Shown: positions 47,872 to 58,879, counted from the stretch's first letter. The stretch: DNA of 64,000 nt from Promethearchaeota archaeon (GCA_018238625.1 JABCSY010000001.1:32001-96000), one strand, 5' to 3'. Program-made: numbers and translations. The notes: generated by a model not told the origin, from the sequence alone.

Positions 47872-49566
47872 TTATAGTATGAATGAAACTGTTTTCTTAA
47901 TGTAATCCAAATAATTATTGATTTCTTTTTTGGTTGTTTCGTCACTCCAAGAATATTCTTTCTGCATAATCTTTGCCACTTTTTCTGCGGCTTCCGAAGT
48001 GTCTCGATGGTGTATCCAGAGCGACATTTCTGTTCGTCGGCAGAACACATCTATCAAATGAGGTGTTAATTCGTATCTTAACACGTAAACAATTTCCGCC
48101 TTAATAAAGTTGTTGTCTTCCATCACTCGTTCTTTTAGTGATTCATCCTCTTTTATCATATCGAGGATTTTAATGGCACCTTTTCCATATTGTTGATATA
48201 AGTGATCCGCAATATCCTCATCTAAAACAATACCTGAACTTTTTAATTTATCCGGCCAATCTTCTTTCTTTAGCCCTATAATGAATGGTTGCCTTGACCA
48301 ATATTTCTCTCTTTTAATATCGAGAAAGATTTTCCTTTTTTCAACATGCTCAAATAAATCTTCCGCCATAGCACGCCATGTTGTTAACTTTCCCCCCGTT
48401 ATGGTGAGTAATCCATCATCAGAGAAAAAAACAAGATGTTTTCGGGAGACTTCGCTTTCAAGTTTTCCTTTTTGCATTACTAATGGTCTTATTCCAGCAT
48501 AAGTGGAAAGAATATTTTTATATTCTAATTCCGCGCTTGGAAAATAATATTTTACAGAATGAATTAAATAATCTGCATCCTCTTTATTACAATATGGATT
48601 AGCTAATTCATCTTGATAATCTGTATCCGTTGTCCCTATAAGGGTAAAATCTTTATCTCTTGGTAAAACAAAGAAAGCTCTCCCATCTGAAATTGAGTTG
48701 ATAATAGTTGCCATTCGGTTTTTTATATGCTTTCGCCTATATAATAGGTGTACCCCTTTAGTGGGACGAATTAGGGGTTGAGGGACTTCTTCGGGACGCT
48801 TTTCTAGTAATTTATCAGTCCAAATACCAGTTGCATTTACAACCAAAGTTGCTTTCACTTCAAAATCAAGATTACTTTCCAAATCTCTACACTTTACGCT
48901 TAATATCTTTCCATTATCTTTAACATAACCGGTTACTTTGCAATAATTTACTGCGGTTGTACCTCTTATTATCGCTTCTTTAAGTACCTCAATTGTCAAT
49001 CTTACATCGTCAACATTGGTATCGTAGTAGACAGCCCCCCCTAAATTTCCCTCCTTAATATATTCAGGTTCCATTTCAAAAATTTCTTCTGGAGTATAAA
49101 ATTGATGCTTCTTAAAATTTTTAAATTCTGAATTTTTATCGCTTAAAAAATCATAAACCTTAACTGCAGCTTTTATGTCCCGTTTTTTGTATTTCCCACC
49201 TTCTATTTCTATAAAAAGAAATGGAATTGGTCTGATTATATGGGGAATATGAGCTCGCATCCAATTTCTCTCTTGAGTAGCTTCCTTTACCAAGTCAAGG
49301 TCTCCGTGGGCAATATATCTTATTCCACCATGGGCTAATTTGGAGCTTCTTGAAGATGTGCCTGCTGAAAAATCTTGCATATCTACTATAGCTACTTTAA
49401 GCCCCCTCATCGCTGCTTCTCGAGCTACCCCAACTCCCGTAATTCCTGCCCCTATTATAAAAATGTCGAAACTTTCTTCTCTTAATTTCTTAATAAAAAC
49501 ATCTCTGTTTTTATAATTCCAAGTTGGATCAAATAATTTTTTTTCCAAATCTTCCATTTTAACCAT
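47872..49566 (-). CDS. FAD-dependent glycerol-3-phosphate dehydrogenase (GlpA/GlpD family)
   Basis: GAGITG, GTSSRSSKLAHGGIRY, NATGIW, GTTD, GIRPL, GGKLTT. Confidence 0.93.
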   Translation of the reverse strand: MVKMEDLEKKLFDPTWNYKNRDVFIKKLREESFDIFIIGAGITGVGVAREAAMRGLKVAIVDMQDFSAGTSSRSSKLAHGGIRYIAHGDLDLVKEATQERNWMRAHIPHIIRPIPFLFIEIEGGKYKKRDIKAAVKVYDFLSDKNSEFKNFKKHQFYTPEEIFEMEPEYIKEGNLGGAVYYDTNVDDVRLTIEVLKEAIIRGTTAVNYCKVTGYVKDNGKILSVKCRDLESNLDFEVKATLVVNATGIWTDKLLEKRPEEVPQPLIRPTKGVHLLYRRKHIKNRMATIINSISDGRAFFVLPRDKDFTLIGTTDTDYQDELANPYCNKEDADYLIHSVKYYFPSAELEYKNILSTYAGIRPLVMQKGKLESEVSRKHLVFFSDDGLLTITGGKLTTWRAMAEDLFEHVEKRKIFLDIKREKYWSRQPFIIGLKKEDWPDKLKSSGIVLDEDIADHLYQQYGKGAIKILDMIKEDESLKERVMEDNNFIKAEIVYVLRYELTPHLIDVFCRRTEMSLWIHHRDTSEAAEKVAKIMQKEYSWSDETTKKEINNYLDYIKKTVSFIL

Positions 49567-49685
49567 GTTTAGAAAGTTCCGGACTATAAATAAGGTTTCT
49601 TAATGTTTCTATTATCAATACATTTGATTTTTAAGGTATAAATAAATTGAAATACTTGTAATCTAATTGTTTTATATATTATAAG

Positions 49686-50126
49686 GTGATTAAAATGCTA
49701 AATTCAGAATTATTAAATGAAGTTAAATTGAAATTATCTGATGGTAGCGCTATACCTGGAGATTGTCTCAAACTTTTCGAAATATATAAACAGATTTCAT
49801 CAGAACATGCGGGATTAAGAGAAGAATTCGAAGATATGGCCATGTTAGATATGGATTTCTTAGGACAAATAATCATATCTGACGAAAACAAGAAATATTG
49901 GCTTAAATTCAAAGAGGGTAAAGTGGATTATGGAGAAGGTGATGTTACTAATCCTTCATTAGCCTTTACAACCAACATGGCGACATTTACAGGAATTCTT
50001 TTTGGAACAATTGAGATTTCTGGTGCGCATGAAGCCGGAGATGTTAGTTTTGATGGTGGCAGTGAAGCCTTAATGGATCTTCAGGCTATTACATCAGTTT
50101 TGAATGATTTTTTACAAAATATTTAA
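49686..50126 (+). CDS. SCP2 sterol/lipid-binding domain protein
   Basis: YWLKFKEGKV..GEG..PSL..FTGILFG..GDVSFDG SCP2 pattern. Confidence 0.75.
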   Translation: MIKMLNSELLNEVKLKLSDGSAIPGDCLKLFEIYKQISSEHAGLREEFEDMAMLDMDFLGQIIISDENKKYWLKFKEGKVDYGEGDVTNPSLAFTTNMATFTGILFGTIEISGAHEAGDVSFDGGSEALMDLQAITSVLNDFLQNI

Positions 50127-51988
50127 CGAACCCCCCATAACTGCCCAGATGCTCGTTGTGCTCTATCTAATTGAGAGTCTTTTTTATTCAATCGAGCTCT
50201 ACCAGTTTTTGTGTCCCTTCGGAAAGTTACATCAATTTCTTTCAGAAAGAGGTTCATCCCTTCGCGTTTATTTAAGGGTCCAATGGTTTTTCCATGAACT
50301 CCTGGCTTTCCAGTAAAAAGAAGAAGTCGGTCAATTAAAGTATCAGCGATTTGAATATCGTGTTCTATACAAATAGCAACAGCATTATTTCTTTTTGTAA
50401 TAGTACGAATTATTTGACCTATATGAATTCTTTCTTCTACATCAAGATATGCTGAAGGCTCATCAAGAATATATAGATCTGCGCGTTTAGCAAGGCAATA
50501 ACATATAAACACACGCTGAAGTTCACCTCCTGAGAGTGCTGATATTTGTAAATCGAATAATTTATCAACACCTAAAGGTCTATATAATACTCGTAAAATT
50601 TCTTCAGAAAAATTGTAGTTTAGAGACCGTTCTATGATGAAATCTCTCACAGTTTGAGAAGATTCTTGAGTAATATATTGTGGTTTGTAAGAGACAATAG
50701 CTTGAATTCCTTCAAAATCAGATCCAAAGTCTGGTTGGAGCTCACCCGCAAGGATTTTTGCAAAGGTAGACTTACCACATCCATTTTCACCAACAATACC
50801 CAAAATCTCAGAAGCATAAATAGTTCCAGGGTTCACAGATAAATGAAACGACTCAAAAGTCTTTGAAATATTTCCATAACGCGCAAAAATCTTCGCGTTG
50901 CTCCATGTCCGACCGCTAGTTGAGCGTTTAAAGCCATATTCTTTTTCTCGGAACTCTATGTTTTCTGCCTTTAAAAAACCAGTTAAATACGCGTTAATAC
51001 CCTTTTTTGTTGTCAAAGGTTTTGAGATAATGCCAAATTGATGAGGTACCCCATAAAACAGTTGGATTACATCTGATAGATAATCTAATATCGCTAAATC
51101 GTGCTCAACTACTAATATAGGACATTGTTTCTCATTCCCAAACCCTTGAGCACGCTCGCGCAATAATTGGGCTAATTTGATTCGTTTTTGTACATCTAGA
51201 AAAGTACATGGTTCGTCAATAATGTAAATATCTGCTTCTTTAATAAGAACGGAAGCAATAGCAAATCTCTGCAACTCTCCACCAGAACATTGCTCTAGAA
51301 TTCGATTAGCAATAGCACTTATGTCCAAATAATCTCGAATCTTATTGAAAAATAATAAACTTACTTCATTTTCTGCATTTAAAATGTCAATAACTTTCTT
51401 TCCTTGATATTTTTCAAACAAAACGCGCAGAATTTGTTGTTTATATGCGATTTTTCTATAATTTTGGGACAAGCTTGTAAAATGATTTCGCATTTCACTT
51501 TCTTTTACTTTTTTTATGACATCTTTCCATTGGATTTGATTAGATTTTAAATCAGAATTTCCAAAATTTGGTTTTAATTTTCCTGAAATTATATTTAAGA
51601 CAGTGGTCTTTCCTATTCCGTTTGGACCGCATAATCCGGAAACTTTTCCCGAGATCAGAGTTGGCAAATTATATAGACGAAAACCCTCTGATTCTTCCTC
51701 GTTGGGATATTTATGAGTAGGAACCAATTCAGTTGGCTCTTCTAAAACATTTTTTACATATATTGCTTTTGCAGGGCAAACATTGACGCACACACCACAT
51801 TTCAAGCAAGTTTCGCTATTTATTTTAATTTGTTTTGTAGATTTTTGAAACCAAATCGGGACTTCTTGCTTCTTCTTATTTGGTTTTAATCTTGCGTTTG
51901 AAAGCGTTATGGGACATTTCTTAATGCATTGTCGGCCGCAAAACCGTAGATTACAAGAATCGTAATCAACCAAATAAACTTTTTTCAT
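50123..51988 (-). CDS. ABCE1/RLI ribosome-recycling ATPase
   Basis: N-terminal 2x[4Fe-4S] Cys motifs, two NBDs (GPNGIGKT, GENGCGKS; SGGELQR), TFRRD..R.NK.DSQLD. Confidence 0.92.
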   Translation of the reverse strand: MKKVYLVDYDSCNLRFCGRQCIKKCPITLSNARLKPNKKKQEVPIWFQKSTKQIKINSETCLKCGVCVNVCPAKAIYVKNVLEEPTELVPTHKYPNEEESEGFRLYNLPTLISGKVSGLCGPNGIGKTTVLNIISGKLKPNFGNSDLKSNQIQWKDVIKKVKESEMRNHFTSLSQNYRKIAYKQQILRVLFEKYQGKKVIDILNAENEVSLLFFNKIRDYLDISAIANRILEQCSGGELQRFAIASVLIKEADIYIIDEPCTFLDVQKRIKLAQLLRERAQGFGNEKQCPILVVEHDLAILDYLSDVIQLFYGVPHQFGIISKPLTTKKGINAYLTGFLKAENIEFREKEYGFKRSTSGRTWSNAKIFARYGNISKTFESFHLSVNPGTIYASEILGIVGENGCGKSTFAKILAGELQPDFGSDFEGIQAIVSYKPQYITQESSQTVRDFIIERSLNYNFSEEILRVLYRPLGVDKLFDLQISALSGGELQRVFICYCLAKRADLYILDEPSAYLDVEERIHIGQIIRTITKRNNAVAICIEHDIQIADTLIDRLLLFTGKPGVHGKTIGPLNKREGMNLFLKEIDVTFRRDTKTGRARLNKKDSQLDRAQRASGQLWGVR

Positions 51989-51994
51989 TGTATT

Positions 51995-53179
51995 TTAAGG
52001 AAAATTAGGGTTATCATTACCAATAAATTCCATATATCTACTTATAAATTGAGATAATTGATTAAAGTTTGGAGAATTTCCAGTTCTTACAAAAATAGCC
52101 GTTAGAGCGTTGCCCATGAGGATTGCTTCAGGAGGGGTAAGACCACACGATAAACCTAAAACCGTTCCCGAATGAAAATAATCGCCTGCGCCAACTGTAA
52201 ATTTAGGTTTTGAAGTAAATCCTTCAGTTACCCAATAATGATCTTCTACAGTAGAGATCGTTGCGAAATGAGGGGAATGAATAACCAAATAGGATAAATT
52301 CATTTCTTTATTAAGCCGTTTTCCGCCGTCAATATAGTCAGTTGAATTTTCTTGATATGGAGCGAAAGTTTTAACATTTGCTAAGACTTTAGAAAGGAAA
52401 CAAGCTTCCAGTTCGTTTGCGCTTAGCATAACTGGAACTAGTTGGTCTATTTTTTGAAGAATTTTTACCAAATCTAAAAGATCCTGTCTCGAACGTTTTC
52501 TTATATCAGCTATGTCTACAAAAAATATTTTTTCTTTTAAATTGGATATAGAAGGAAAGATCTCATCTAAGAAATGTTGCCATATATCGTTTAAGTTTGG
52601 TATTAAAGCCCAATGTCCAAAACCCATAATATTAGATGCTTCTATTATCTTAATTAACTTACCTAGTTTTACATTATCCATTAGCGTTTTCCAATCAATG
52701 TTTAAAATGGGGGTAAAATCAGTTATCATAACTTTTCCATCATCAAATTCTAAACCTAATGTTTGACCAGGATTAGAAATTGGAATTGATTCTACTTCAG
52801 GTAGTTGATAATAAAATTCGTTAAGTTTAGGATGTCCTAAAGCCGCAATCAAATATATGTTTACGCCAAAAGCATTCAACGCTCGACAAGTGTTAGGAGC
52901 AAAACCGCCAAAGATCCTCTTTTTTAAAACTCTCTCAATATTTGCCGAACTTCCAGCAACATTAATTAATAATTCTCCAAAAGCCTTCATGCTCTCCATT
53001 CTTGTCCATTGTTTTGCGCTCATCCTGCTCTGGACTAAAGAATAAAGAGAATCAACATACCCATCAAAACCTAAAAAACAAGACTTTTTTATTACAGTAG
53101 TTTGAACGGTTTCCAATTTTTTAGTTATTGAATCTAAAGTTTCTAAAGTAACATCGTAGTCGTTTAGCTTTTTATACAT
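51995..53179 (-). CDS. PfkB/ribokinase-like carbohydrate kinase
   Basis: GFDGYVD, GG..N, NELEA, TVGAGDYF. Confidence 0.8.
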   Translation of the reverse strand: MYKKLNDYDVTLETLDSITKKLETVQTTVIKKSCFLGFDGYVDSLYSLVQSRMSAKQWTRMESMKAFGELLINVAGSSANIERVLKKRIFGGFAPNTCRALNAFGVNIYLIAALGHPKLNEFYYQLPEVESIPISNPGQTLGLEFDDGKVMITDFTPILNIDWKTLMDNVKLGKLIKIIEASNIMGFGHWALIPNLNDIWQHFLDEIFPSISNLKEKIFFVDIADIRKRSRQDLLDLVKILQKIDQLVPVMLSANELEACFLSKVLANVKTFAPYQENSTDYIDGGKRLNKEMNLSYLVIHSPHFATISTVEDHYWVTEGFTSKPKFTVGAGDYFHSGTVLGLSCGLTPPEAILMGNALTAIFVRTGNSPNFNQLSQFISRYMEFIGNDNPNFP

Positions 53180-53208
53180 AAGTAGAGATATAATTTATTT
53201 CTAATAAA

Positions 53209-54186
53209 TCATACTTCCAATAATTTTTGAAGAATTAATGGCATGGAATAAATATCCCAATAGTTATGTTCAATAATTTCTTTTACTAATCCCACATATC
53301 TTAAAGAATCTTCCAAATACTTTTTGTAGCACAATCCAACTAATCCACTTGGTAACTCATTATCCCTTTTCAGATTTAATAGCTTGTCTTCCATGTTTGT
53401 TAGCGTGTATTTCTCGAAACTTCCTCTGTATTTCCTTCGGCAATTGTGATATAGGTCTATATGGTGAAATTTTGTGTTAAACCTCTCGTAAGGCTCTTCC
53501 TCGTTAGTAATCATCGGATTTTCGTCAAAAAAATACAGAAAACGGTTGGCAATGTAAGGAATATCAAATGATTTTCCGTTATAGCTAATTAGACATTTAA
53601 ACTTGGGTAAAATTTCCGTTTTAAAGTGCTCATACATTGCGATCTCCTCTTCCAAATCTCGTGCGAAAAGTATGTGGATTTCAAATTTATCGTTGTTAAA
53701 AAATCCTAACCCTATAACAATTATGGGGCTATCATACAATCCTAAAGTTTCTATATCGAGAAAAAGGAAATCCTCCTTATCAAAACAAAAAGCAACATCC
53801 AAATCGTAAATAGATCTATTTCTACACAGAAGGTTGTATTTTCTATTTTTAATTAATTCCAAGATATGATGGGCAGATGCGCTGTATTTTAAATTAAATC
53901 TCAAATCGTACAGAGATTGTACTCCTTTTCTATTTAGTTGATGTTCTATATTTTCACCAATATAATAAACCGTCTTTAAGTTACGAAGAAGTTTATTCCT
54001 TGAGAGAGTTAAATTTAAGTCGCATGAAAAAGTCTCTTCTTTCCAAGTAATTTCCATGAACTGCCCCATGCTATTTCTTACAATGGTGTGATTGCGGAAA
54101 ATATCTTCGATTTTCTTGTCCCTAAATTGATCTGTTAAGTGAGTTATATCAAATGTCTCGAAGTTATAGAAGTAATCCATTATCAA
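53209..54186 (-). CDS. YprB-like RNase H-fold (DEDD) exonuclease
   Basis: FLDIETLGL, YNGKSFDIP, HIDLY, HNYWD. Confidence 0.85.
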   Translation of the reverse strand: MIMDYFYNFETFDITHLTDQFRDKKIEDIFRNHTIVRNSMGQFMEITWKEETFSCDLNLTLSRNKLLRNLKTVYYIGENIEHQLNRKGVQSLYDLRFNLKYSASAHHILELIKNRKYNLLCRNRSIYDLDVAFCFDKEDFLFLDIETLGLYDSPIIVIGLGFFNNDKFEIHILFARDLEEEIAMYEHFKTEILPKFKCLISYNGKSFDIPYIANRFLYFFDENPMITNEEEPYERFNTKFHHIDLYHNCRRKYRGSFEKYTLTNMEDKLLNLKRDNELPSGLVGLCYKKYLEDSLRYVGLVKEIIEHNYWDIYSMPLILQKLLEV

Positions 54187-54268
54187 TAATAAATAAGGAT
54201 TTTTATTTAATAATTCAAACTCTGAAAATTTATAATAAAACTAAATAAATAAGGAATAACAAATTTTT

Positions 54269-55603
54269 TTAATAGTTAATTTTAGGGATATAATCTTCAT
54301 TTTTTCTGCGTGGAGGTTTGTATTTGAAAAATCTTCGAGATTCGCTATCTTCAAGCACATAGTTACTACCCCCGCCATGGATCATGCAATATGGATCAAA
54401 GAGACCGATTTCATTGGCGTATTGTCTAGTAAAACCTCGGCCACCCATAGTTCTAAAGCAATGAATGGCGCTTTCGAATCCTAGTTCCGTTGTACTTATT
54501 TTTAAGCCCATTGTATTGGCTGCCATTAATTTAGAACCCGCTAATTCGGGATGTTCGTCTAATTGCCTTACATATTGTATCATAGCGGAAATCAGCAAAT
54601 TCAACTCGCGAATTTTTCGAGATATTGGAAATCGTATAACTTGATATTGATGTAATCTGTGTTTAAATTGTTTACGCTGGAGGGCGTAGGCATGAGAATA
54701 AATCAGTTTTTTCATGGTATCACCTAATGCCTCGGCACTTATAACCAAACGCTCTTCTGTTAATTGATGAAACATTATATCCAATCCATGTCCTTTAAGC
54801 AGATTTTCTTTTGGAATTTCAGTTCTGTCAAATATCAATCGACTGACAAACGCATCGGTCATGCCATATGTTCTAACCCGAGTACTTAGGAAGTTTTTTA
54901 ACTTCTGATTCTCAGTATCGACAATAACGGCGGCTAATTGTCCTTTATTTAATCTTCCATATAAAATAATGTAATCAGCGATCATACCGTTAGTTATAAA
55001 CAGTTTTTTACCTTTTGCTATTATTTTATCGTCTTTTTCTAGTAAAGCTAATTCCATATTAAAAATATCAGATCCTGCGTTGAATTCAGTCATAGCAGAA
55101 GCGCCAATTTGCCCATCTTTTGCGACAGGAGTCAAAAACTTTTCTTTTTGAGCTTCATTGGAAGCGTAATTCACAGGATTGCAATAAAGCGTGCCTCCTG
55201 CAAGTCGCCCCATCTCTACGCTATAATTCCCCGCAATATATTGTTCGCTATATTCGCTCCATCGGCCACCACATAGGGCATAGGCAATTAAAGCGTTCCT
55301 AGTAATCCGCCCGACTTCGTAATCTTCTACGTTAAGAATTGTGGAATAATATCCTTTATTGGATAACTTTTTCATTATTCCAATAACTAATTCTTTCTTT
55401 TTGTCTTGAGTAGGTTCCTCAACAAGATAGTTTAAATCTTCTAACTTCCTCAGTTCTGGATCGAGTTCTTTCTCCATAAACTCATAAAGTTCTGCTAAAA
55501 ATTCTTTTTCTTGAGCGTTAAGCACGGGATTATTCAGTAAATCTAATTCTGGTACATATTTTTGAATTTTGATCTTTTCAAACTCTCTGATTCTTGTATC
55601 CAT
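54269..55603 (-). CDS. Acyl-CoA dehydrogenase
   Basis: AMTEFNAGSD, GKKLFITNG, RKQF, MGGRGF. Confidence 0.9.
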   Translation of the reverse strand: MDTRIREFEKIKIQKYVPELDLLNNPVLNAQEKEFLAELYEFMEKELDPELRKLEDLNYLVEEPTQDKKKELVIGIMKKLSNKGYYSTILNVEDYEVGRITRNALIAYALCGGRWSEYSEQYIAGNYSVEMGRLAGGTLYCNPVNYASNEAQKEKFLTPVAKDGQIGASAMTEFNAGSDIFNMELALLEKDDKIIAKGKKLFITNGMIADYIILYGRLNKGQLAAVIVDTENQKLKNFLSTRVRTYGMTDAFVSRLIFDRTEIPKENLLKGHGLDIMFHQLTEERLVISAEALGDTMKKLIYSHAYALQRKQFKHRLHQYQVIRFPISRKIRELNLLISAMIQYVRQLDEHPELAGSKLMAANTMGLKISTTELGFESAIHCFRTMGGRGFTRQYANEIGLFDPYCMIHGGGSNYVLEDSESRRFFKYKPPRRKNEDYIPKINY

Positions 55604-55788
55604 ATTATTTCAATCATTTTTTTAATTTTTAAACTTTATTTTAGTTCTAATTAATTCTTTTGTGAATAAAATTTAAATTGATCATAATTAGAAATCTTTT
55701 AATCATAGTGAAATTAAAATATCATATCAATTAGATATTTAAAATCTAATTATTAAAAAAGAATTTTATTAAAAAAAGTGAATAAAAA

Positions 55789-57210
55789 ATGATTAAATTT
55801 AGCGATAAACAACTGAAAATCCCCAAAATGTCTAAACCGGTATACTTAGCAACTGTAGGCATGTCAAAATTCGACCGTGCGTTCCCTGAAACTCGAACGG
55901 AGGAATTATGTGTCCAAGCTTTAACGGCAGCAGCTGATTTTGTTAAGATGACCCCTTCTGAATTGAAAAGTTTCATTCATACTGCTTATTACGGTCATTT
56001 TGCGGATCACTTTGGAGATCAATTATTAGGAGAAGCAGTCATTCACGATAGACTTGGTCTAGATCCACTAGGAACCATCGGTGTCAAAACGGGTGGAGCT
56101 ACGGGAGGGTCAACTATGTGGGAGGCAATAAAAACCGTTGCATCGGGGTATAGCGATTGTGCCCTTGCCTTAGGTTGGGAGAGAATGGATGAAGTTCCAA
56201 CTGACGAAGGTAATCATCTCATTTCTGCAGCCGCAGATAAGGATTGGGAAACACCATTAGGTCATATTTATACTGGTTATTACGCTGTAATGGCTCAAAG
56301 ATATTGGCAAATATTTGGTAAGGCAGAGGATTCTTTTAGAAAAACTATGGCAGAAATTGCTGTTAAAAACCGTGGTTATGCGAGAATGAACCCTTACGCA
56401 CATGGGCCAATGAAAATCACCGTTGAAGATGTAATCAATTCTCCTGTCATTGCTTATCCCTTACGTGCCTTGGATTGCTGTTTAATGAGCGTAGGGTCTG
56501 CTTGTGGCGTTGTTTGCGATGAAAAAACTGCATATGAGATAACCGATAATCCTCTTCGGATATGGATAGGTGCAGGAAGTCATACATTAAGAGTAGCTGA
56601 TCGGCGTAATATGGAAATACCACTTTTACCAAACGAAAAGCCAGGACAATACGATAATTTAGGTAAAAGATTCCCCGGAGCTGATAGGTATCCTGGATTT
56701 AGCAGTTTTTTAGCTGCTCGTGTGGCGGCTTATTATGCCTATAACATGACTGGTGTTGTTGATCCAATTGATGACCTTGATGTTGTAGAACTCCACGATG
56801 CCTTCACAATTAGTGATATTCAAACTTATGAGGACATAGGCATTACACCTTATGGAGACGGGCGTAGTTATATTGAGTCTGGTGAAGCATACCATACAAA
56901 CCCAAACACTAAAAAACCAGGCAAATTACCTAGCAATTTATGTGGTGGATTAATCGGTTGTATGCATGCTGTTGGAGCAACCGGGCTTATGCAAATTGCA
57001 GAAATTGGATATCATTTATGGAATCGATGGGACGAAATTCATGAGCCCCAAGAAAAATGGGACGCTTTTGGTAGAGAAAAACCGAAAGATTGGACAAGTC
57101 TTCAAGTAAAAGGGGCAAAAAGAGGTTTAGCAATAAGTCATGCTGGTGTGGGTTCTCATGTGACATGTGCGATTTTAATGGATCCAAATCACTTAATTAA
57201 GGAGGAATAA
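55789..57210 (+). CDS. Thiolase-fold protein (SCP-x type) lacking the nucleophilic Cys
   Basis: KTGGATGG in place of CASG; ELHDAF, GGL..HAVGATG. Confidence 0.85.
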   Translation: MIKFSDKQLKIPKMSKPVYLATVGMSKFDRAFPETRTEELCVQALTAAADFVKMTPSELKSFIHTAYYGHFADHFGDQLLGEAVIHDRLGLDPLGTIGVKTGGATGGSTMWEAIKTVASGYSDCALALGWERMDEVPTDEGNHLISAAADKDWETPLGHIYTGYYAVMAQRYWQIFGKAEDSFRKTMAEIAVKNRGYARMNPYAHGPMKITVEDVINSPVIAYPLRALDCCLMSVGSACGVVCDEKTAYEITDNPLRIWIGAGSHTLRVADRRNMEIPLLPNEKPGQYDNLGKRFPGADRYPGFSSFLAARVAAYYAYNMTGVVDPIDDLDVVELHDAFTISDIQTYEDIGITPYGDGRSYIESGEAYHTNPNTKKPGKLPSNLCGGLIGCMHAVGATGLMQIAEIGYHLWNRWDEIHEPQEKWDAFGREKPKDWTSLQVKGAKRGLAISHAGVGSHVTCAILMDPNHLIKEE

Positions 57211-57215
57211 AAAAA

Positions 57216-57815
57216 ATGCCAAAAACTGAAGATGAAAAGGGTTTTGTTTCCATAATTAATGGAAGATATAAACCAAAAGGAAAGTTTCATATCATTGAGG
57301 CAAATCAACCGATTTTTAACGAAGATACAGGAAAATTAGCGGGTGTTACAAATCCTAGAGACATGACTTATATCCACTCTTATGGTGGTGAAGCTATTTT
57401 TTTCGAATCTCTTAGTAAGGGAAAATTGATGGCTACAAGATGCGATAATGATAAATGTAAATTCAAAGGATCAATCTACATGCCTTTCAGGATTTTTTGT
57501 CCAGATTGCTTAAGAAAAATGACTGTAATTGATTATACTGAGAAAGCAAAAAATAGCGCTAAAATATATTCCTTCATTATAACCCATCGATCGGGAGCGT
57601 TTAATACCCTAAAAAAGCCAATAAAATTCATTAATATAGAATTTGATGATGTAGTCACAATACTAATGAGTTATCTATCGGTAGGAGACCCCGAACTAGA
57701 AAAACGCGTGATACCCATTTTTAAAACAAAAAATCCCACTCATACAATAATGGATCTCTCATTTGTTCTCGAAGGAACCTCAGAATCGGAATTACCTGAA
57801 GGATTTACTTTTTAA
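57216..57815 (+). CDS. DUF35 Zn-ribbon/OB-fold protein
   Basis: FFESLSKGKLMATRC..C..CPDC; adjacent to a thiolase-fold gene. Confidence 0.85.
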   Translation: MPKTEDEKGFVSIINGRYKPKGKFHIIEANQPIFNEDTGKLAGVTNPRDMTYIHSYGGEAIFFESLSKGKLMATRCDNDKCKFKGSIYMPFRIFCPDCLRKMTVIDYTEKAKNSAKIYSFIITHRSGAFNTLKKPIKFINIEFDDVVTILMSYLSVGDPELEKRVIPIFKTKNPTHTIMDLSFVLEGTSESELPEGFTF

Positions 57816-57958
57816 GTTTTAAAATTTTCTTATTTTTTTTAATTCCTTTTAAAATGTTTAATGAGTATAATCTTCTTTTAATAAATGAAAATTTTGATTT
57901 AGTAAAATTGCAATCAATAATTTAAAAAAAAAAAGTAAAAGAATTTTTAATCAATTTT

Positions 57959-58846
57959 TTATTGTTGATAAAGATGTAATATTTTTCTCGCTTCTTCAGG
58001 CGTAGCAACTTCTCTCCCTGCCATTTTCGTAACTTTAGCTGCCCATTCTACTTGTTCCCAGGAACCTTTAGCTAATGCCCCATCGACTGTGCGGATATTA
58101 TCTTCTAAACCAACTCTTATGTGTCCTCCCATTGCTGCGGCGCACATTCCTGCTTGAAATTGATTTTTTGCTACCCCACACACGCTCCAAGTATCGTCAG
58201 GTGGTTTTAAATTAAGTAAATGAGCTAAATTTTCGAAAGAAAAAGGGACGCCTCCCAAAACTCCAAAAACAAATTGGTAGTGAAGAGGTGGATCCAGAAT
58301 CACCTTCGCTTGTTTCCTAAGATGTAGAATGTTATACATGCCTCCAAAATCATATACTTCGATTTCTGGTTTGACTTGATTTTTTTTCATAGCTTTAGCG
58401 AATTTTTGAATCGTATTAAATGAATTCGCGAATATAGCTTTAGCACCAAGTCCAACGGCTCCTGTTTTATGGTCTCCAACAGCAAAATTCATTGAATTGG
58501 AATTTAAGGAAGCAATTGGAGGTTTAAATGTTATAATAGGGGCTATTCTTTGTTTATCAGTTACTATTAAACTGATAGCAGAACTTAAGTTGATTAGAAG
58601 ATCTGGAGCCTTTTCTTTGATGTTATCTAATACGGCTTTAATTTTTTCTAATTCGTGCGTTGGATTACCTTTTTCGGGGTCTCTTGCGTGGATATGCACA
58701 ATTGCTGCTCCTGCATCGTAACATTTTTTTGCTTCATCCCCAAATTCTTCGGGTGTATATGGAACAGCGGGATTCTGAGATTTTATCGTCGCAGCACCGG
58801 TTAGAGCTGCTGTTATAACTAATTTTTTTGATAAGTCTTCTGACAT
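57959..58846 (-). CDS. Beta-keto acid cleavage enzyme (BKACE/DUF849)
   Basis: ITAALTG, PYTPEE, GAAIVHIHAR, KPEIE, GGHIRVGLEDN. Confidence 0.92.
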   Translation of the reverse strand: MSEDLSKKLVITAALTGAATIKSQNPAVPYTPEEFGDEAKKCYDAGAAIVHIHARDPEKGNPTHELEKIKAVLDNIKEKAPDLLINLSSAISLIVTDKQRIAPIITFKPPIASLNSNSMNFAVGDHKTGAVGLGAKAIFANSFNTIQKFAKAMKKNQVKPEIEVYDFGGMYNILHLRKQAKVILDPPLHYQFVFGVLGGVPFSFENLAHLLNLKPPDDTWSVCGVAKNQFQAGMCAAAMGGHIRVGLEDNIRTVDGALAKGSWEQVEWAAKVTKMAGREVATPEEARKILHLYQQ

Positions 58847-58879
58847 TTTATATACCTATTTTTATATACCTATTTTTAT
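58846..58879. repeat. 14-bp tandem repeat (TTTTATATACCTAT, about 2.4 copies) covering the RBS of the first BKACE gene
   Basis: Direct reading of 58846-58859, 58860-58873 and a partial third copy. Confidence 0.7.

Noticed and set aside
53209-54186. RNase H-fold gene as a transposase or defence nuclease
   Set aside because: Motifs fit a YprB-type DEDD exonuclease; no terminal repeats or defence-gene context
58846-58879. Tandem repeat as a CRISPR or mobile-element end
   Set aside because: Only about 2.4 copies of 14 bp without spacers; a local slippage duplication of the RBS region
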